Assembly: GCA_019058445.1 (NCBI GenBank)
Contig: JAHPZA010000004.1
Location: 418,184-482,183, forward strand
Length of the DNA stretch: 64,000 nucleotides
Direction: 5' to 3'
Source of the DNA: Promethearchaeota archaeon
GTDB lineage: Archaea > Asgardarchaeota > Lokiarchaeia > Sigyniarchaeales > SOKP01
Numbering within the stretch: position 1 is the first letter of the stretch; each line of letters begins with the position of its first letter. A program made the position numbers and the translations under genes. The notes below the pieces were generated by a model. That model worked only from the letters and a program-made list of their open reading frames with translations, did no database searches and was not told the origin of the DNA. Positions 19,600 through 29,879 of the stretch are shown here, one piece after another.

Positions 19600-21078
19600 A
19601 TGTCATCTCATTTTTTACATGATTTATTAAATCCGAAAAGTATCGCCTTTTATGGAGCAAGCAATAGTTACCAAAAATTTGGTAGTATGTTGTTCATGAG
19701 AGTTATAAACTCTGGATTTGAGGGGAACATATATCCAATCCACTTAGAATTGGACAATGTACAAGGTCTTAAGGCTTATAAAGAAATCGCAGATGTTCCA
19801 GAAATACCGGATCTCGCTGTTCTAGTTATACCGTCGAAAATCATACTTAAAATTCTTAGGGAATGTGCTGAAAAAGGCGTAAAATATTTCGTGATTGTTT
19901 CGGGAGGATTCAGAGAAATGACAGGAAACTACAAGAACACATTAACTGAGGAAATTATCAAAATCGCAGATAAATACGGGATTCGAATCATTGGACCTAA
20001 TTGCTTAGGAATTTATAATGGTTGGCTTGATCCGGACGAGAATAAATCATTTAATATGATGCTAACCCATCAAATTGGCCTTGGGAAATTTTCCTTAGTA
20101 AGCCACAGTGGAACAGTATCATCCCAATTATTTCGAGATCCTGCGAATATGGATTTGAAATTAGGCAAAACTTTATCTATCGGAAATGAAGCCAATATTG
20201 ATCTTGTGGATTTTTTAGAATATTTTAAAGACGATGACGAGACCGAAGTAATTGGATTATATATTGAAGAAATAAAAAGATCAAAAAAATTTATAGAATT
20301 AGCTAAAGAAATTACACTTAAAAAACCAATTATAGCAATGTATGGTGGCGGAACCAGAGCAGGAAATAGGGCAATAAGTAGCCATACAGGTTCTATGGCA
20401 GGAAACGCTAAGTTGTTTGATGCTATGGTTAATGAAACGGGTATTATTCAAACACATTATGTAGAAGAATTTTTAGACATTGCATCGATTTTATCCAAAC
20501 CAAGTTTTGTGTACCCTAAAGGAAATCGACTTGGAATCTTAACTACTTTTGGAGGCCCAGGAGCTTTAGTAGCAAATAACGCAGAGAGGCTAGGATTAGC
20601 GGTTCCCGAATTATCAGAATCCCTCCAACAAAAGTTTAAGAAATTTTTACCTCCTACTGCGAACTGTATGAATCCTGTTGACGCAACATTTGACCCAAAT
20701 ATCTTAAATTTTTATGTTAAATATCCAAAAATGCTAATGAAATCAGGTGAAATTGACGCGATAATATTAATCGGGGTCGCTGGATTCTTTTATGATATCT
20801 TGAGACTCCAAGAACAAGAAGGTTCAAAAGATATGGTTTCCCAGGAAGCTTTCATTGAACAATTAAAAGATCTGGAGAAAGTTCTAATCACTCCCACCAT
20901 TAAATTTTCACAGAAATATTCAATCCCTGTTATATATATTAATACTCAAAACTTAGCGAGTACATGGTCAAGCAAAATACGAGAGCAAGGGGGTATTGTT
21001 TTCAAATTCTGGGATCGTCCGGTGAAAGCGCTGATAAAAATATGTAAATATGTCGAATACAGAAAGTTGCACTCATAG
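19600..21078 (+). CDS. Acyl-CoA synthetase (NDP-forming) alpha subunit, CoA-binding
   Basis: PKSIAFYGAS, GPNCLG, GNEANID, SHTGSMAG phospho-His motif, NPVD. Confidence 0.92.
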   Translation: MSSHFLHDLLNPKSIAFYGASNSYQKFGSMLFMRVINSGFEGNIYPIHLELDNVQGLKAYKEIADVPEIPDLAVLVIPSKIILKILRECAEKGVKYFVIVSGGFREMTGNYKNTLTEEIIKIADKYGIRIIGPNCLGIYNGWLDPDENKSFNMMLTHQIGLGKFSLVSHSGTVSSQLFRDPANMDLKLGKTLSIGNEANIDLVDFLEYFKDDDETEVIGLYIEEIKRSKKFIELAKEITLKKPIIAMYGGGTRAGNRAISSHTGSMAGNAKLFDAMVNETGIIQTHYVEEFLDIASILSKPSFVYPKGNRLGILTTFGGPGALVANNAERLGLAVPELSESLQQKFKKFLPPTANCMNPVDATFDPNILNFYVKYPKMLMKSGEIDAIILIGVAGFFYDILRLQEQEGSKDMVSQEAFIEQLKDLEKVLITPTIKFSQKYSIPVIYINTQNLASTWSSKIREQGGIVFKFWDRPVKALIKICKYVEYRKLHS

Positions 21079-21226
21079 CTAATCCTAGATTTTTTAGGTA
21101 GTTTAGTAGCTCTCAAAAATGGATTTCTATGAGTTTATCAAATTTAATTAAGTTTTAAAGTTAAATCACTTTTTCCTATGTAGGATTAGGATATATATTT
21201 TTAATAGAAAAGTTTAAAAGTTAGAC

Positions 21227-22714
21227 ATGAGTGCACATTTTTTACATGATTTTTTACGTCCAAAAAGCATAGCTATTTATGGGGCAAATAATAGCTATGG
21301 TACTACAATGGGAACGATGCAGCTTATCAGAATTATCTCTTGCGGATATAAAGGCAAGATTTTTCCGATTCACCTAAGATTAGACAATGTGTTAGGTTTC
21401 AAGGCTTATAAATCGATTGCTGATGTTCCAGAGATTCCCGATCTCGTTATCATTGTATTACCCCCGAAAGTGGTCCCTCAAATATTTAGGGAATGTGGAG
21501 AAAAAGGAGTTAAAAAGATTGTGTTAATTTCCGGAGGATTTAGAGAAGTAAGCGGTGATCGCGCTAACACTCTTACTGAAGAAATAACAAAAATTGCAAA
21601 TCGCTATGGGATTAGGTTCACTGGGCCGAATTGTTTTGGATTTTATAATAGTTGGCTATATCCTGAGGATAATGGCATATTCAATATGATGGTATGGGGA
21701 GATGGATTGAAACGCGGGAAGTTTTCGGTAGCTTCACAAAGCGGAACTATGTCAAGTCATTGGGGAATGGACCCCGAATCTCTTGATGTTCGCGTTGGTA
21801 AATCAATTTCAGTCGGAAATGAAGCAAACATAGATCTTGTGAATTTCCTAGAATATTTCAAAGATGATGAAGAAACCGGCGTAATAGGATTATATATTGA
21901 AGAAATTAAAAGAGGACAAGAATTTATTCAATTAGCCAAAGAAATTTCCCGAACAAAACCGATAATTGCGATGTATGGGGGTGGTTCTGGAGCTGGAAAT
22001 CGCGCAATTAAAAGCCATACTGGTTCAATGGCAGGAAATATGAAGGTATTTGATGCAATGATTAAAGAGACGGGTATCATCAAAACGGATTATATCGAAG
22101 AGTTTTTAGATATTGCTTCGATTTTATCAAATCCAGATTTCTCCTATCCTAAAGGAAACCGTATGGGAATTATTACCAATTCAGGAGGACCGGGAGCGTT
22201 AATAGCCAACAACGCCGAAAGAAAAGGATTAACCGTTCCAGAATTATCGGACTCATTAAAATTAAAATTAGAAAAAATATTACCTCATACTGCCAGTTGG
22301 CTTAATCCGGTTGATGTAACCTTTGATATGAACATCTTTAACTTTTATACCTCAATTCCTAAAATGCTTATGAAGTCAGGCGAAATTGATGCTATAATAA
22401 TTTATGGCGCAATAGGTTTTCATGAGACAATGCCAGCATTGCAGCAAAATGAGAAAATAGCACCCTATATAGAACTCAGAGAAGATATGACTGAAAGAAT
22501 GGACGAGATGGACAAAATATTCATCGCACCAACAATGAAAGCCTCTCAAAAATTTGGAGTTCCCATTATTTACATAAATCCTCAAAATTACGCCTGCCAG
22601 TGGTCTAAAAAAATAAGAGAACAGGGGGGAATAGTATTTCAATACTGGGATCGTCCTGTTAATGCCTTGGCAAAGATAATTGAATATGTTGAATTTAGGA
22701 AAGATCATTCATAG
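21227..22714 (+). CDS. Acyl-CoA synthetase (NDP-forming) alpha subunit, tandem paralog
   Basis: GPNCFG, SQSG, SHTGSMAG, TNSGGPG, NPVD. Confidence 0.92.
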   Translation: MSAHFLHDFLRPKSIAIYGANNSYGTTMGTMQLIRIISCGYKGKIFPIHLRLDNVLGFKAYKSIADVPEIPDLVIIVLPPKVVPQIFRECGEKGVKKIVLISGGFREVSGDRANTLTEEITKIANRYGIRFTGPNCFGFYNSWLYPEDNGIFNMMVWGDGLKRGKFSVASQSGTMSSHWGMDPESLDVRVGKSISVGNEANIDLVNFLEYFKDDEETGVIGLYIEEIKRGQEFIQLAKEISRTKPIIAMYGGGSGAGNRAIKSHTGSMAGNMKVFDAMIKETGIIKTDYIEEFLDIASILSNPDFSYPKGNRMGIITNSGGPGALIANNAERKGLTVPELSDSLKLKLEKILPHTASWLNPVDVTFDMNIFNFYTSIPKMLMKSGEIDAIIIYGAIGFHETMPALQQNEKIAPYIELREDMTERMDEMDKIFIAPTMKASQKFGVPIIYINPQNYACQWSKKIREQGGIVFQYWDRPVNALAKIIEYVEFRKDHS

Positions 22715-22749
22715 AACTTAAAATTAAAATTATTCTTTTTAATTATAAA

Positions 22750-22770
22750 TTTATGAAAAAATTCGATAAA
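22750..22770 (+). promoter_or_regulatory. Putative LysR box TTTATG-N9-GATAAA upstream of dsrE-tusA
   Basis: T-N11-A dyad; TATA-like TATTAATA starts at 22783. Confidence 0.55.
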
Positions 22771-22847
22771 TTATTCTCAAAATATTAATATATTCTCTAA
22801 TCATATTCTACTTACTGAAATTATTCATTTTAGATTAGAGAAAAAAA

Positions 22848-23207
22848 ATGTCAGATAAAAAGAAAGTTTTCACAATTGCTATTGGTAGCGGTCAATATAC
22901 CAGGGAGAGACCTTACACACTTCTTAGATTTGCTTATACCGCTCTTTTAGAAGGGCATAAAATTAATATCTTTCTAGTAGAAGATGGTATTTGGGTGGGA
23001 AAGAAAGGACAAGATCCTGCCACTTATGATAATGTTGGAAAATGGCTAAAAGATGTTATTGAAGAAGGCGCGAGAGTGTTAGCATGTGGGGTTTGCATGA
23101 AAGCTCGCGGAATGTCTGAAGATGAGTTAATGGAAGGGATCAAAAAAACCACTATGAATGGATTTCTTGAAATGTGTGAGGAAGCTGATAATATAATGTT
23201 TACATAA
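22848..23207 (+). CDS. DsrE/TusD-like sulfur relay protein
   Basis: IFLVEDGIW, ACGVCMKARG. Confidence 0.9.
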   Translation: MSDKKKVFTIAIGSGQYTRERPYTLLRFAYTALLEGHKINIFLVEDGIWVGKKGQDPATYDNVGKWLKDVIEEGARVLACGVCMKARGMSEDELMEGIKKTTMNGFLEMCEEADNIMFT

Positions 23208-23226
23208 CGAAGGAGATGAAAAAATC

Positions 23227-23454
23227 ATGGGAGAAACATTAAAATTAGATTGTTCTGGTCTTGTTTGCCCAATGCCCGTGGCTAAAACAAAAAGAATGCT
23301 GAATAATATGAAAAGTGGAGATAAATTAGAAGTATCAGGAGATTTTTATGAGGCGGGAGAAAATATAAAGAGATTCGCAGAAAACCATGGGGGAAAGATT
23401 TTAGTTTTCAAATCTGAAGGAGATAATTACTATTTGGAAATAGAAAAACTATAA
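23227..23454 (+). CDS. tusA: TusA/SirA-family sulfurtransferase
   Basis: LDCSGLVCPMPV (CPxP motif). Confidence 0.9.
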   Translation: MGETLKLDCSGLVCPMPVAKTKRMLNNMKSGDKLEVSGDFYEAGENIKRFAENHGGKILVFKSEGDNYYLEIEKL

Positions 23455-23491
23455 TTCATTTTTTTAATTTCGCTTTTTTTATTTTTTTTGA

Positions 23492-23512
23492 TTTATCGAA
23501 ATCATCGATAAG
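23492..23512 (+). promoter_or_regulatory. Putative LysR box TTTATC-N9-GATAAG upstream of the double-cubane reductase gene
   Basis: ATC-N9-GAT dyad; TATA-like ATTTAATA starts at 23525. Confidence 0.6.
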
Positions 23513-23596
23513 TATGATCGATATATTTAATAATTGTAATTCATGTTTTCTATCATTAAAAAAATAGATTTGAAAAGAAAAAAGAGAAGAATTTAA

Positions 23597-24889
23597 ATGA
23601 CTGAAAGTGAAAAACCAAATTGGCGTCCTATGTGGAAGGAACTAGGCATTGACATGGAAAAGCATGATCAATTATTAAGTGTTCTTCCAGATGTTTTTAA
23701 GGAAATTTATATTGACGCACAAAAAAATCGACCAGAAGCTATTGGTTTTTGGGACTTTGTTGTAGGAGATATTCATGGAATACGAGTAAATGAACTAAAG
23801 AAGGCAAAAGACGAGGGTAAAAAAGTTGTAGGAACTTTCTGTTTATATGTACCCGATGAGATTATTTTTGCGTTAGGTGCAATTGGTGTTGGATTATGTG
23901 GAGGAACTAACTTCTCAAATTATGCAGCTGAAGATGTTCTGCCTGCTAACATTTGTGCTTTAATTAAATCAGCTATTGGTTTTGGAATAGGAAATATCTG
24001 TCCATATTATGCAATGACAGATATTCTCATAGGTGAAACTACATGTGATGGAAAAAAGAAAGCATGGGAAGTTTTGAGTGATTACAAACCGATATATGTA
24101 ATGGAAACACCTCAATGTAAATCTCGACCTCAAGCAAGAGAACATTTCATAACAGAACTTAAAGCACTAATAAAAAAATTAGAGGAAGTAACTGGAAACA
24201 AACTAACCGTCGAAAATTTAAAAGCTGCAATGGAAAAGATTTCCAAAAAACGAGCTCAAATGCGAAGGATATATGAAGCACGAAAAGCTAATCCACCGCC
24301 AATATCCGGTAAGGATGCTTTACTTATGTCTCAAGTTGCTTTTTATGATGATCCTGACAGAGAAATTGAAATGGTTGGCAAATTAGCTGATGAATTGGAA
24401 CAAAGAATTAAAGATGGAGTTGGAGTAGGCGATAAAAAAGCTAAACGAATTTTAATTAGTGGAACTCCAATGGCTATTCCGAACTGGAAAATGCATCATA
24501 TCATTGAAAAAAACGGAGCTATAGTCGTCGCAGAAGAAACATGTACCGGAACAAGATATTTTGATGCAGAATTTCCAGAAATTAAAGGAGATTCCATCAA
24601 TGACCTGTTGGAACTTATCGCTGACAGATATTTGAACATAAATTGCGCATGCTTTACCCCTAACGATACACGTTTATTAGACATTAAACAACTTGTAAAT
24701 GAATATAAAGTAGATGGAGTGGTACTATATACTCTTTCTTTCTGCCAAGCTTATGATATTGAAGCTGTAGCCTTTGAAAAGATACTTAAAAAAGAAGGTA
24801 TCCCCGTAATTTCAATTACAACAGATTATTCTTCAGAAGATGTGTCCCAATTAACCACGCGTATAGAAGCTTTTCTCGAAATGCTTTAA
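23597..24889 (+). CDS. Double-cubane-cluster anaerobic reductase (2-hydroxyacyl-CoA dehydratase subunit D family)
   Basis: W.ELGIDMEKHD.LL...Q.NRP, VGTFCLYVPDE, GLCGG, ETTCDGKKK, EETCTG, NCACFTPN, FCQAY, TRIEAFLEM. Confidence 0.85.
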   Translation: MTESEKPNWRPMWKELGIDMEKHDQLLSVLPDVFKEIYIDAQKNRPEAIGFWDFVVGDIHGIRVNELKKAKDEGKKVVGTFCLYVPDEIIFALGAIGVGLCGGTNFSNYAAEDVLPANICALIKSAIGFGIGNICPYYAMTDILIGETTCDGKKKAWEVLSDYKPIYVMETPQCKSRPQAREHFITELKALIKKLEEVTGNKLTVENLKAAMEKISKKRAQMRRIYEARKANPPPISGKDALLMSQVAFYDDPDREIEMVGKLADELEQRIKDGVGVGDKKAKRILISGTPMAIPNWKMHHIIEKNGAIVVAEETCTGTRYFDAEFPEIKGDSINDLLELIADRYLNINCACFTPNDTRLLDIKQLVNEYKVDGVVLYTLSFCQAYDIEAVAFEKILKKEGIPVISITTDYSSEDVSQLTTRIEAFLEML

Positions 24890-25006
24890 ATAATCGTATT
24901 TTGAGAAAATAATCTAGTTTTCATAATTATTTTTTGAGTTTCTTATTTTTTTATTCCCATCTCTTCAATAAAATTATTTATATAAAGAGGGAGTATATTA
25001 AAGTGT

Positions 25007-26161
25007 ATGATATACACAAAATTTCAAGAAATAGTTGGGACGAAATATCCGATAATTCAAGCCGGTATGGGACCATATAGTACCACCGACCTTTCAATAG
25101 CTGTAGCTAAGGAGGGCGCATTAGGATTAATATCTACTATTGGAATGGCTGCTGGAGGGGCCAGTTCCGCAGCGCCTGAAACAGCTAAAGAAATCTTTGG
25201 CAAAGGACGTCCAAAAACTATTGTAAAAAGGGTTATCCAATACGTTTTTGATAACCTTAAGGATTACCCAGATGCTAAGTTTGGAGTAAATATCCCGGTT
25301 GCAACAGATTTTACGTATGCAGCAACGAAGTTAATGAAGGGAACAATAGAAATTTGTAAGGAAAATCCAGAAATGCAAAAAAAATTGAAAGTTATTGTAA
25401 CTTCTGCAGGTGATCCTTTACCATGGGCGATAGATGCTTTAGCCAAAGGAGCGAAAAAGGCTAGAATTGCCATTAAAGAAGAATTACCTCATGTAGTATG
25501 GTGTCATGTATGCCCCAATGTAAGAGCGGCAAAAAGATGTGAAAAAGCTGGAGTAGATATCATCATCGCATCAGGCAGAGAAGGAGGAGCCCATTGTGCG
25601 TGGAGAGATGTATCTTCTATGGTATTACTACCTGAAGTAGTCAGAAATGTGAATAAACCTGTTGTTGGAGCCGGGGGTTTCGCAGATGGAGCTTCTTTAG
25701 CTGCTGCATTAGCATTAGGGGCTGCTGGCATCCAAATGGGTACCCGATTTATTGCCACTCAAGAGGCGGATTTTCAAGAAATGTGGAAAGAAGCAATCGT
25801 TAAACGAGCTGAAACAGATACTCTTATCGCAAGAGGATTATTTGGACCTATGAGATTTCTGAGAAACGATATGTCTTTAAAAGTTGTCGATGAAACAATT
25901 AAGGACGCATCGGATCTATTTCGAGGAATCCCTTGCTCTTCCAATGAAGCTATAATGAGAATAGAAATGACTGGGCTTGAAAAGCTTCTAGAGGAAAATG
26001 AGGATGAATCCATAATTTTAGGGGGAGTGGTTGCAGGTCGAATACATTCAATTCCTACTGTAAGAGAATTACTCGAGAATATTATGAAAGAGGCAGAACA
26101 AATTATTTCAAATTTACCATCCCTCATAAAAAAAGAAAAATTATTAGAAATTAAAAAATAA
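25007..26161 (+). CDS. Nitronate monooxygenase / FabK-like FMN oxidoreductase
   Basis: KYPIIQAGMG, GREGGAH, VGAGGFADG, GIQMGTRF. Confidence 0.9.
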   Translation: MIYTKFQEIVGTKYPIIQAGMGPYSTTDLSIAVAKEGALGLISTIGMAAGGASSAAPETAKEIFGKGRPKTIVKRVIQYVFDNLKDYPDAKFGVNIPVATDFTYAATKLMKGTIEICKENPEMQKKLKVIVTSAGDPLPWAIDALAKGAKKARIAIKEELPHVVWCHVCPNVRAAKRCEKAGVDIIIASGREGGAHCAWRDVSSMVLLPEVVRNVNKPVVGAGGFADGASLAAALALGAAGIQMGTRFIATQEADFQEMWKEAIVKRAETDTLIARGLFGPMRFLRNDMSLKVVDETIKDASDLFRGIPCSSNEAIMRIEMTGLEKLLEENEDESIILGGVVAGRIHSIPTVRELLENIMKEAEQIISNLPSLIKKEKLLEIKK

Positions 26162-26366
26162 AAAAATGACTTTTTTATAATTAATTTTTTTTCCTAATTT
26201 ATCTATAAACTAACTCAGTTTCTTTCCTTGGGGATAATGCAGAAGCGCAAACTAAAGTTTTGATGAAAAAAGGTTTCATCCCTGCTTCTAAAGAGTATTT
26301 AAAAATAAATATTTCACTTTCAGGCTATTATTTTCGTTGGATGGAATTTTTAAATAATTTTTAAAG

Positions 26367-26834
26367 TTAATGGATTGCGTTGACTGGACAAACTTCTTCA
26401 CAAATCCTACAGTTTCTACATTTTGTTGGATTAATTACTGCTTTATTGTTTACCATACTGATCGCATCATTGGGACATTGATTTATACATTCAGCGCAGC
26501 CAGTACACTTATTCTTATCTACAACAGGTAATATCATTTGTTGAATGTTATTTTGCAAGTTTGTGGAATAAACTTGATTTATCCCGGGATTTTGTACTGG
26601 AAACTGCAGATTTCTCGAAAAATTCTGATTTGGTATGGCTCTCATCATGGGAATACCACATTCTGGGCATATTATTTGATTGCATGGCACTCCAGGTCTA
26701 TGAAGTACTTCTCTACCGCATTTAATACATTTACAAATTCCCGAAGGTCCTAATCCCCTGCCTCCACCTCTTCTCCCCCCAGCTCTGCCTCTACCTCTAC
26801 CTCCAAATCGACCTCCTCCTCTATAGCTCATCAT
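26367..26834 (-). CDS. Gly/Arg-rich + Zn-ribbon + 2x[4Fe-4S] ferredoxin protein
   Basis: RGGGRFGGRG, CKCIKCG..H..G.PC...CPECG, CTGCAECINQCP, CRNCRICEEVCP. Confidence 0.85.
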   Translation of the reverse strand: MMSYRGGGRFGGRGRGRAGGRRGGGRGLGPSGICKCIKCGREVLHRPGVPCNQIICPECGIPMMRAIPNQNFSRNLQFPVQNPGINQVYSTNLQNNIQQMILPVVDKNKCTGCAECINQCPNDAISMVNNKAVINPTKCRNCRICEEVCPVNAIH

Positions 26835-27067
26835 TATGAATTTATTTAAAAATATTAAAAGATTTGGGCTTTACCAAAAAGTTTGCAATTAGAATTATGA
26901 AATATATTAATTTAAAATATGATCGAAACGATATTTAAACTATTCTTGAAAATTTAAATGAACTTGAAAAAAGTATAAAACTAAATTCATGTCTAATTTC
27001 TGACAGTATTATCATTATTTATGTTTTTAAATTAATGGAGAGAAACTTAAAGGTATAGGAGAAAAAA

Positions 27068-28789
27068 ATGGAAAAAAAAACCTATCCAGAATATAGCATT
27101 CATTACCCTTTACTTCTTACCACCTTTATGAAAAGGCCCGCAAGAGTTTATCCAAATGAAATTGGTGTTGTATACAGAAATCATATCACTGGAAAATATT
27201 ATCGTTTTACTTGGCTAGAATGGTATCATCGTACATGTCGGTTGGCAAATTTATTACAATCTCTGGGTATAAAACCTGGCAAACCAGGAGTCCTTGGTGA
27301 TCGTGTTGCTACTCTGGCACTGAACACCCACAGACATTTCGAGCTTTATTTTGCTGTGCCTTGCAGTGGAGCAGTTTTGCATCCAATCAATATAAGATTG
27401 GCACAAGATCATATAATTTATACAATTAACCATGCAGAAGACTCTGTCATCTTTTTTGATGATACTTTGCTTGAGCTAGTGGAAGGAATTTATGATAAGA
27501 TTAAAGATACCGTCAAGAAATTTGTATATATGTCAGATAACCCAGGACTTCCTACCACAAAAATTAAAAATCTATATGAATATGAAGTGCTACTTGCAAA
27601 GGAATCCGATGAATTTGAATGGCCGCATTTACATGAGGATAATTATGCTTCGCTTTGTTATACCACTGGTACGACAGGGTTGCCCAAAGGGGCTATGTTT
27701 ACTCACAGAGCGCTTTATCTTCAAACTTTACATTTAATCGCTCATGCCAGCTTTATTAATGACCCCTCCTATGCCCTTCTAGGTGAAAACATTGTTTTTC
27801 TGATGATTACGCCCTTATATCATGTCCATGCATGGTGTGCGCCTTTTATTTATGGTTTTTTGGCTGCGAAATTGGTATTACCTGGTACATTCACTGTGGA
27901 AGGTTTTTGTGAGTTAGTCCAGACTGAAAAAGTCACAGATACCGCCGTGGTTCCGACAATTTTGGCTTTACTCGTTGAATATGAAGAACTAGATCAATAT
28001 AATTTAAGCAGCCTTACTTATGTTAGGGTAGGCGGTGGAGCATTACCTTTAGGTTTAAAAGCTAAGGTTGAGAAGAAAATTCCTGGATTTTCGGCAACCT
28101 CGGGATATGGCATGACGGAAACTGCGCCAACTACAGTCAGATCCTTCGTAAAGAAATATATGATAGATTGGCCAAAAGAAAGACTGGATGAAGTAAGAGT
28201 TAAGACGGGGCTTCCTATTCCAGGAATCGAGGTAGAAGTAGTAGATGAAAATGGAAAATCAGTTCCCCATGACAATAAAACTCTAGGACAAATTGTTATC
28301 CGAGGTCCCTGGGTAATTGAAAAATATTTTAAAAACCCTGAAAAGACCGCTGAAGTGTGGTACGATGGATGGTTTCATACAGGAGATGTAGCCAAGGTTG
28401 ATGAGGATGATTTCATAATAATCGCGGATAGGATGAAAGATGTTATAAGAAGCGGTTCTGAAATGATTCCAACAGTACTTCTTGAAAATCTTGCAACTAT
28501 GGCTAATTTTGTCCTTGAAGCTGCCATCGTGGGAGTCCCCGATGAAGTTTGGGGCGAAAAACCACTCGCACTCATAAAATTAATCGCAAACTCTAACAAA
28601 ACGGAAGATGATTTTATTGAATTCCTTAAGGTCGAAGGGGTGGATAAAGGAAAAATTACAAAATGGATGCTTCCTAAATTAGTAGCTATCGTTGATGAGG
28701 TTCCTAAGACAAGCGTAGGAAAATATAATAAAAGGGAAATCAGGAGGAATATAAGAAATTATCTTGATATTGCTAAAAGTATAACATAA
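27068..28789 (+). CDS. AMP-forming fatty-acid--CoA ligase (FadD/DmdB-like)
   Basis: YTTGTTGLPKG, GYGMTET, WFHTGD, DRMKDVI, PKTSVGK. Confidence 0.93.
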   Translation: MEKKTYPEYSIHYPLLLTTFMKRPARVYPNEIGVVYRNHITGKYYRFTWLEWYHRTCRLANLLQSLGIKPGKPGVLGDRVATLALNTHRHFELYFAVPCSGAVLHPINIRLAQDHIIYTINHAEDSVIFFDDTLLELVEGIYDKIKDTVKKFVYMSDNPGLPTTKIKNLYEYEVLLAKESDEFEWPHLHEDNYASLCYTTGTTGLPKGAMFTHRALYLQTLHLIAHASFINDPSYALLGENIVFLMITPLYHVHAWCAPFIYGFLAAKLVLPGTFTVEGFCELVQTEKVTDTAVVPTILALLVEYEELDQYNLSSLTYVRVGGGALPLGLKAKVEKKIPGFSATSGYGMTETAPTTVRSFVKKYMIDWPKERLDEVRVKTGLPIPGIEVEVVDENGKSVPHDNKTLGQIVIRGPWVIEKYFKNPEKTAEVWYDGWFHTGDVAKVDEDDFIIIADRMKDVIRSGSEMIPTVLLENLATMANFVLEAAIVGVPDEVWGEKPLALIKLIANSNKTEDDFIEFLKVEGVDKGKITKWMLPKLVAIVDEVPKTSVGKYNKREIRRNIRNYLDIAKSIT

Positions 28790-28931
28790 AATACTTATTT
28801 TTATTAAATTGCATTCATATAATCTTCAAATATTTTAATTTGTTTAAGTATCATTTGGATTAGGAAAGAAGCTTTATATATTTTATAATAGAACTTATAA
28901 TTATAATATAATAAAGATATAGTGATTAAAT

Positions 28932-29678
28932 ATGCAAATGGGAATTGAAGAGTTTACTTCTTTAGATATAATACGCGCATTATTCGCATTAATATTTGTT
29001 GTAATTTCGCTCATTTCTGGTCTTAAAATCTTACAAAAATATTTTGAACATAAAAATAAAAGCTTTATTTCGGTTGGATTAACATGGATTTTTATTTCAA
29101 CTCCATGGTGGCCTTTACCTATTACCCTTATAACTGTTCTCTTGTTTAATTATGCACTTGAACCTTTAGTATATTTGTATCTCATGACAGCCTTCATTCC
29201 TTTAGCTTTAATATTTTGGATAATATCCTTCACAAATTTAATATATCCAACTTATAAAAAGCAAATCATTTTTCCCTATTTGGTTATCTGCGTATTTTAT
29301 TTCATAATATATCATATCTTATTGTTTATTAATATAGAATATATTAGTGTATACAAAGGACATTTTCAATACCAACATTCAATTTTTATTTATATTTTTT
29401 TAGTTTTCACTTTATTTTCTGCAATGATCACAGGATTTCTATTTGCATTAAAATCAACAAAATCAGAAGATCCAAGAATTCAGTGGAAAGGAAGATTTTT
29501 GTTTCTGGCAATTTTGTTTTTTATAATCGGAGTATTTTTAGACACTTTTAGTTTCGGAAGCGTAATAATGCAAACTACTGCTCGATTCATATTAATTTTT
29601 AGTGCAATTGAATACTATATGGGCTTTTTCTTACCTAAAAAAATAGAAAACTGGTTGATTAAAGATACTAAATCTTAA
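28932..29678 (+). CDS. 7-TM hypothetical membrane protein (paralog of 36365-37138)
   Basis: GLTWIFISTPWWP, KGRFL...G..LD, GFFLP pattern shared with 36365-37138. Confidence 0.8.
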   Translation: MQMGIEEFTSLDIIRALFALIFVVISLISGLKILQKYFEHKNKSFISVGLTWIFISTPWWPLPITLITVLLFNYALEPLVYLYLMTAFIPLALIFWIISFTNLIYPTYKKQIIFPYLVICVFYFIIYHILLFINIEYISVYKGHFQYQHSIFIYIFLVFTLFSAMITGFLFALKSTKSEDPRIQWKGRFLFLAILFFIIGVFLDTFSFGSVIMQTTARFILIFSAIEYYMGFFLPKKIENWLIKDTKS

Positions 29679-29816
29679 CAATTTATAAAGGAACTTAATT
29701 TAAATTTTTGTTTACTCAAGACGACTTGATTTAAAGTAAATTTATTGGATAGGGAAATAGAACTGAATTAGATTCTAAGGTGTGTTTAGAATATCAAGCA
29801 CGATTGATTAAATGAT

Positions 29817-29870
29817 ATATTTATGTGTATTTTGAAGTAAACCTTTAAAAAAAAGGAACAAAAAAATAAG
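29817..29870. repeat. Direct repeat / T-rich terminator region, copy downstream of the Gly-rich surface gene
   Basis: atatttatgtgtattttgaagtaaacctttaaaaaaaa matches 32579-32616 at 32/38. Confidence 0.6.
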
Positions 29871-29879
29871 GGATTTAAA

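Noticed and set aside
26238-26292. Multi-stem structure (AGAAGC...GATGAAA/TTTCATC...GCTTCT) resembling a hammerhead or SECIS
   Set aside because: Lacks the CUGAUGA/GAAA hammerhead core and a convincing SECIS quartet; may be a terminator or gene remnant between convergent genes.
18536-26834. Selenoprotein (in-frame TGA) or SECIS near the selenium-type LysR
   Set aside because: DsrE, TusA and the reductase have Cys codons and end in TAA. The TGAs before the TIGR04076 and polyferredoxin genes are part of SD-like motifs, not Sec codons.
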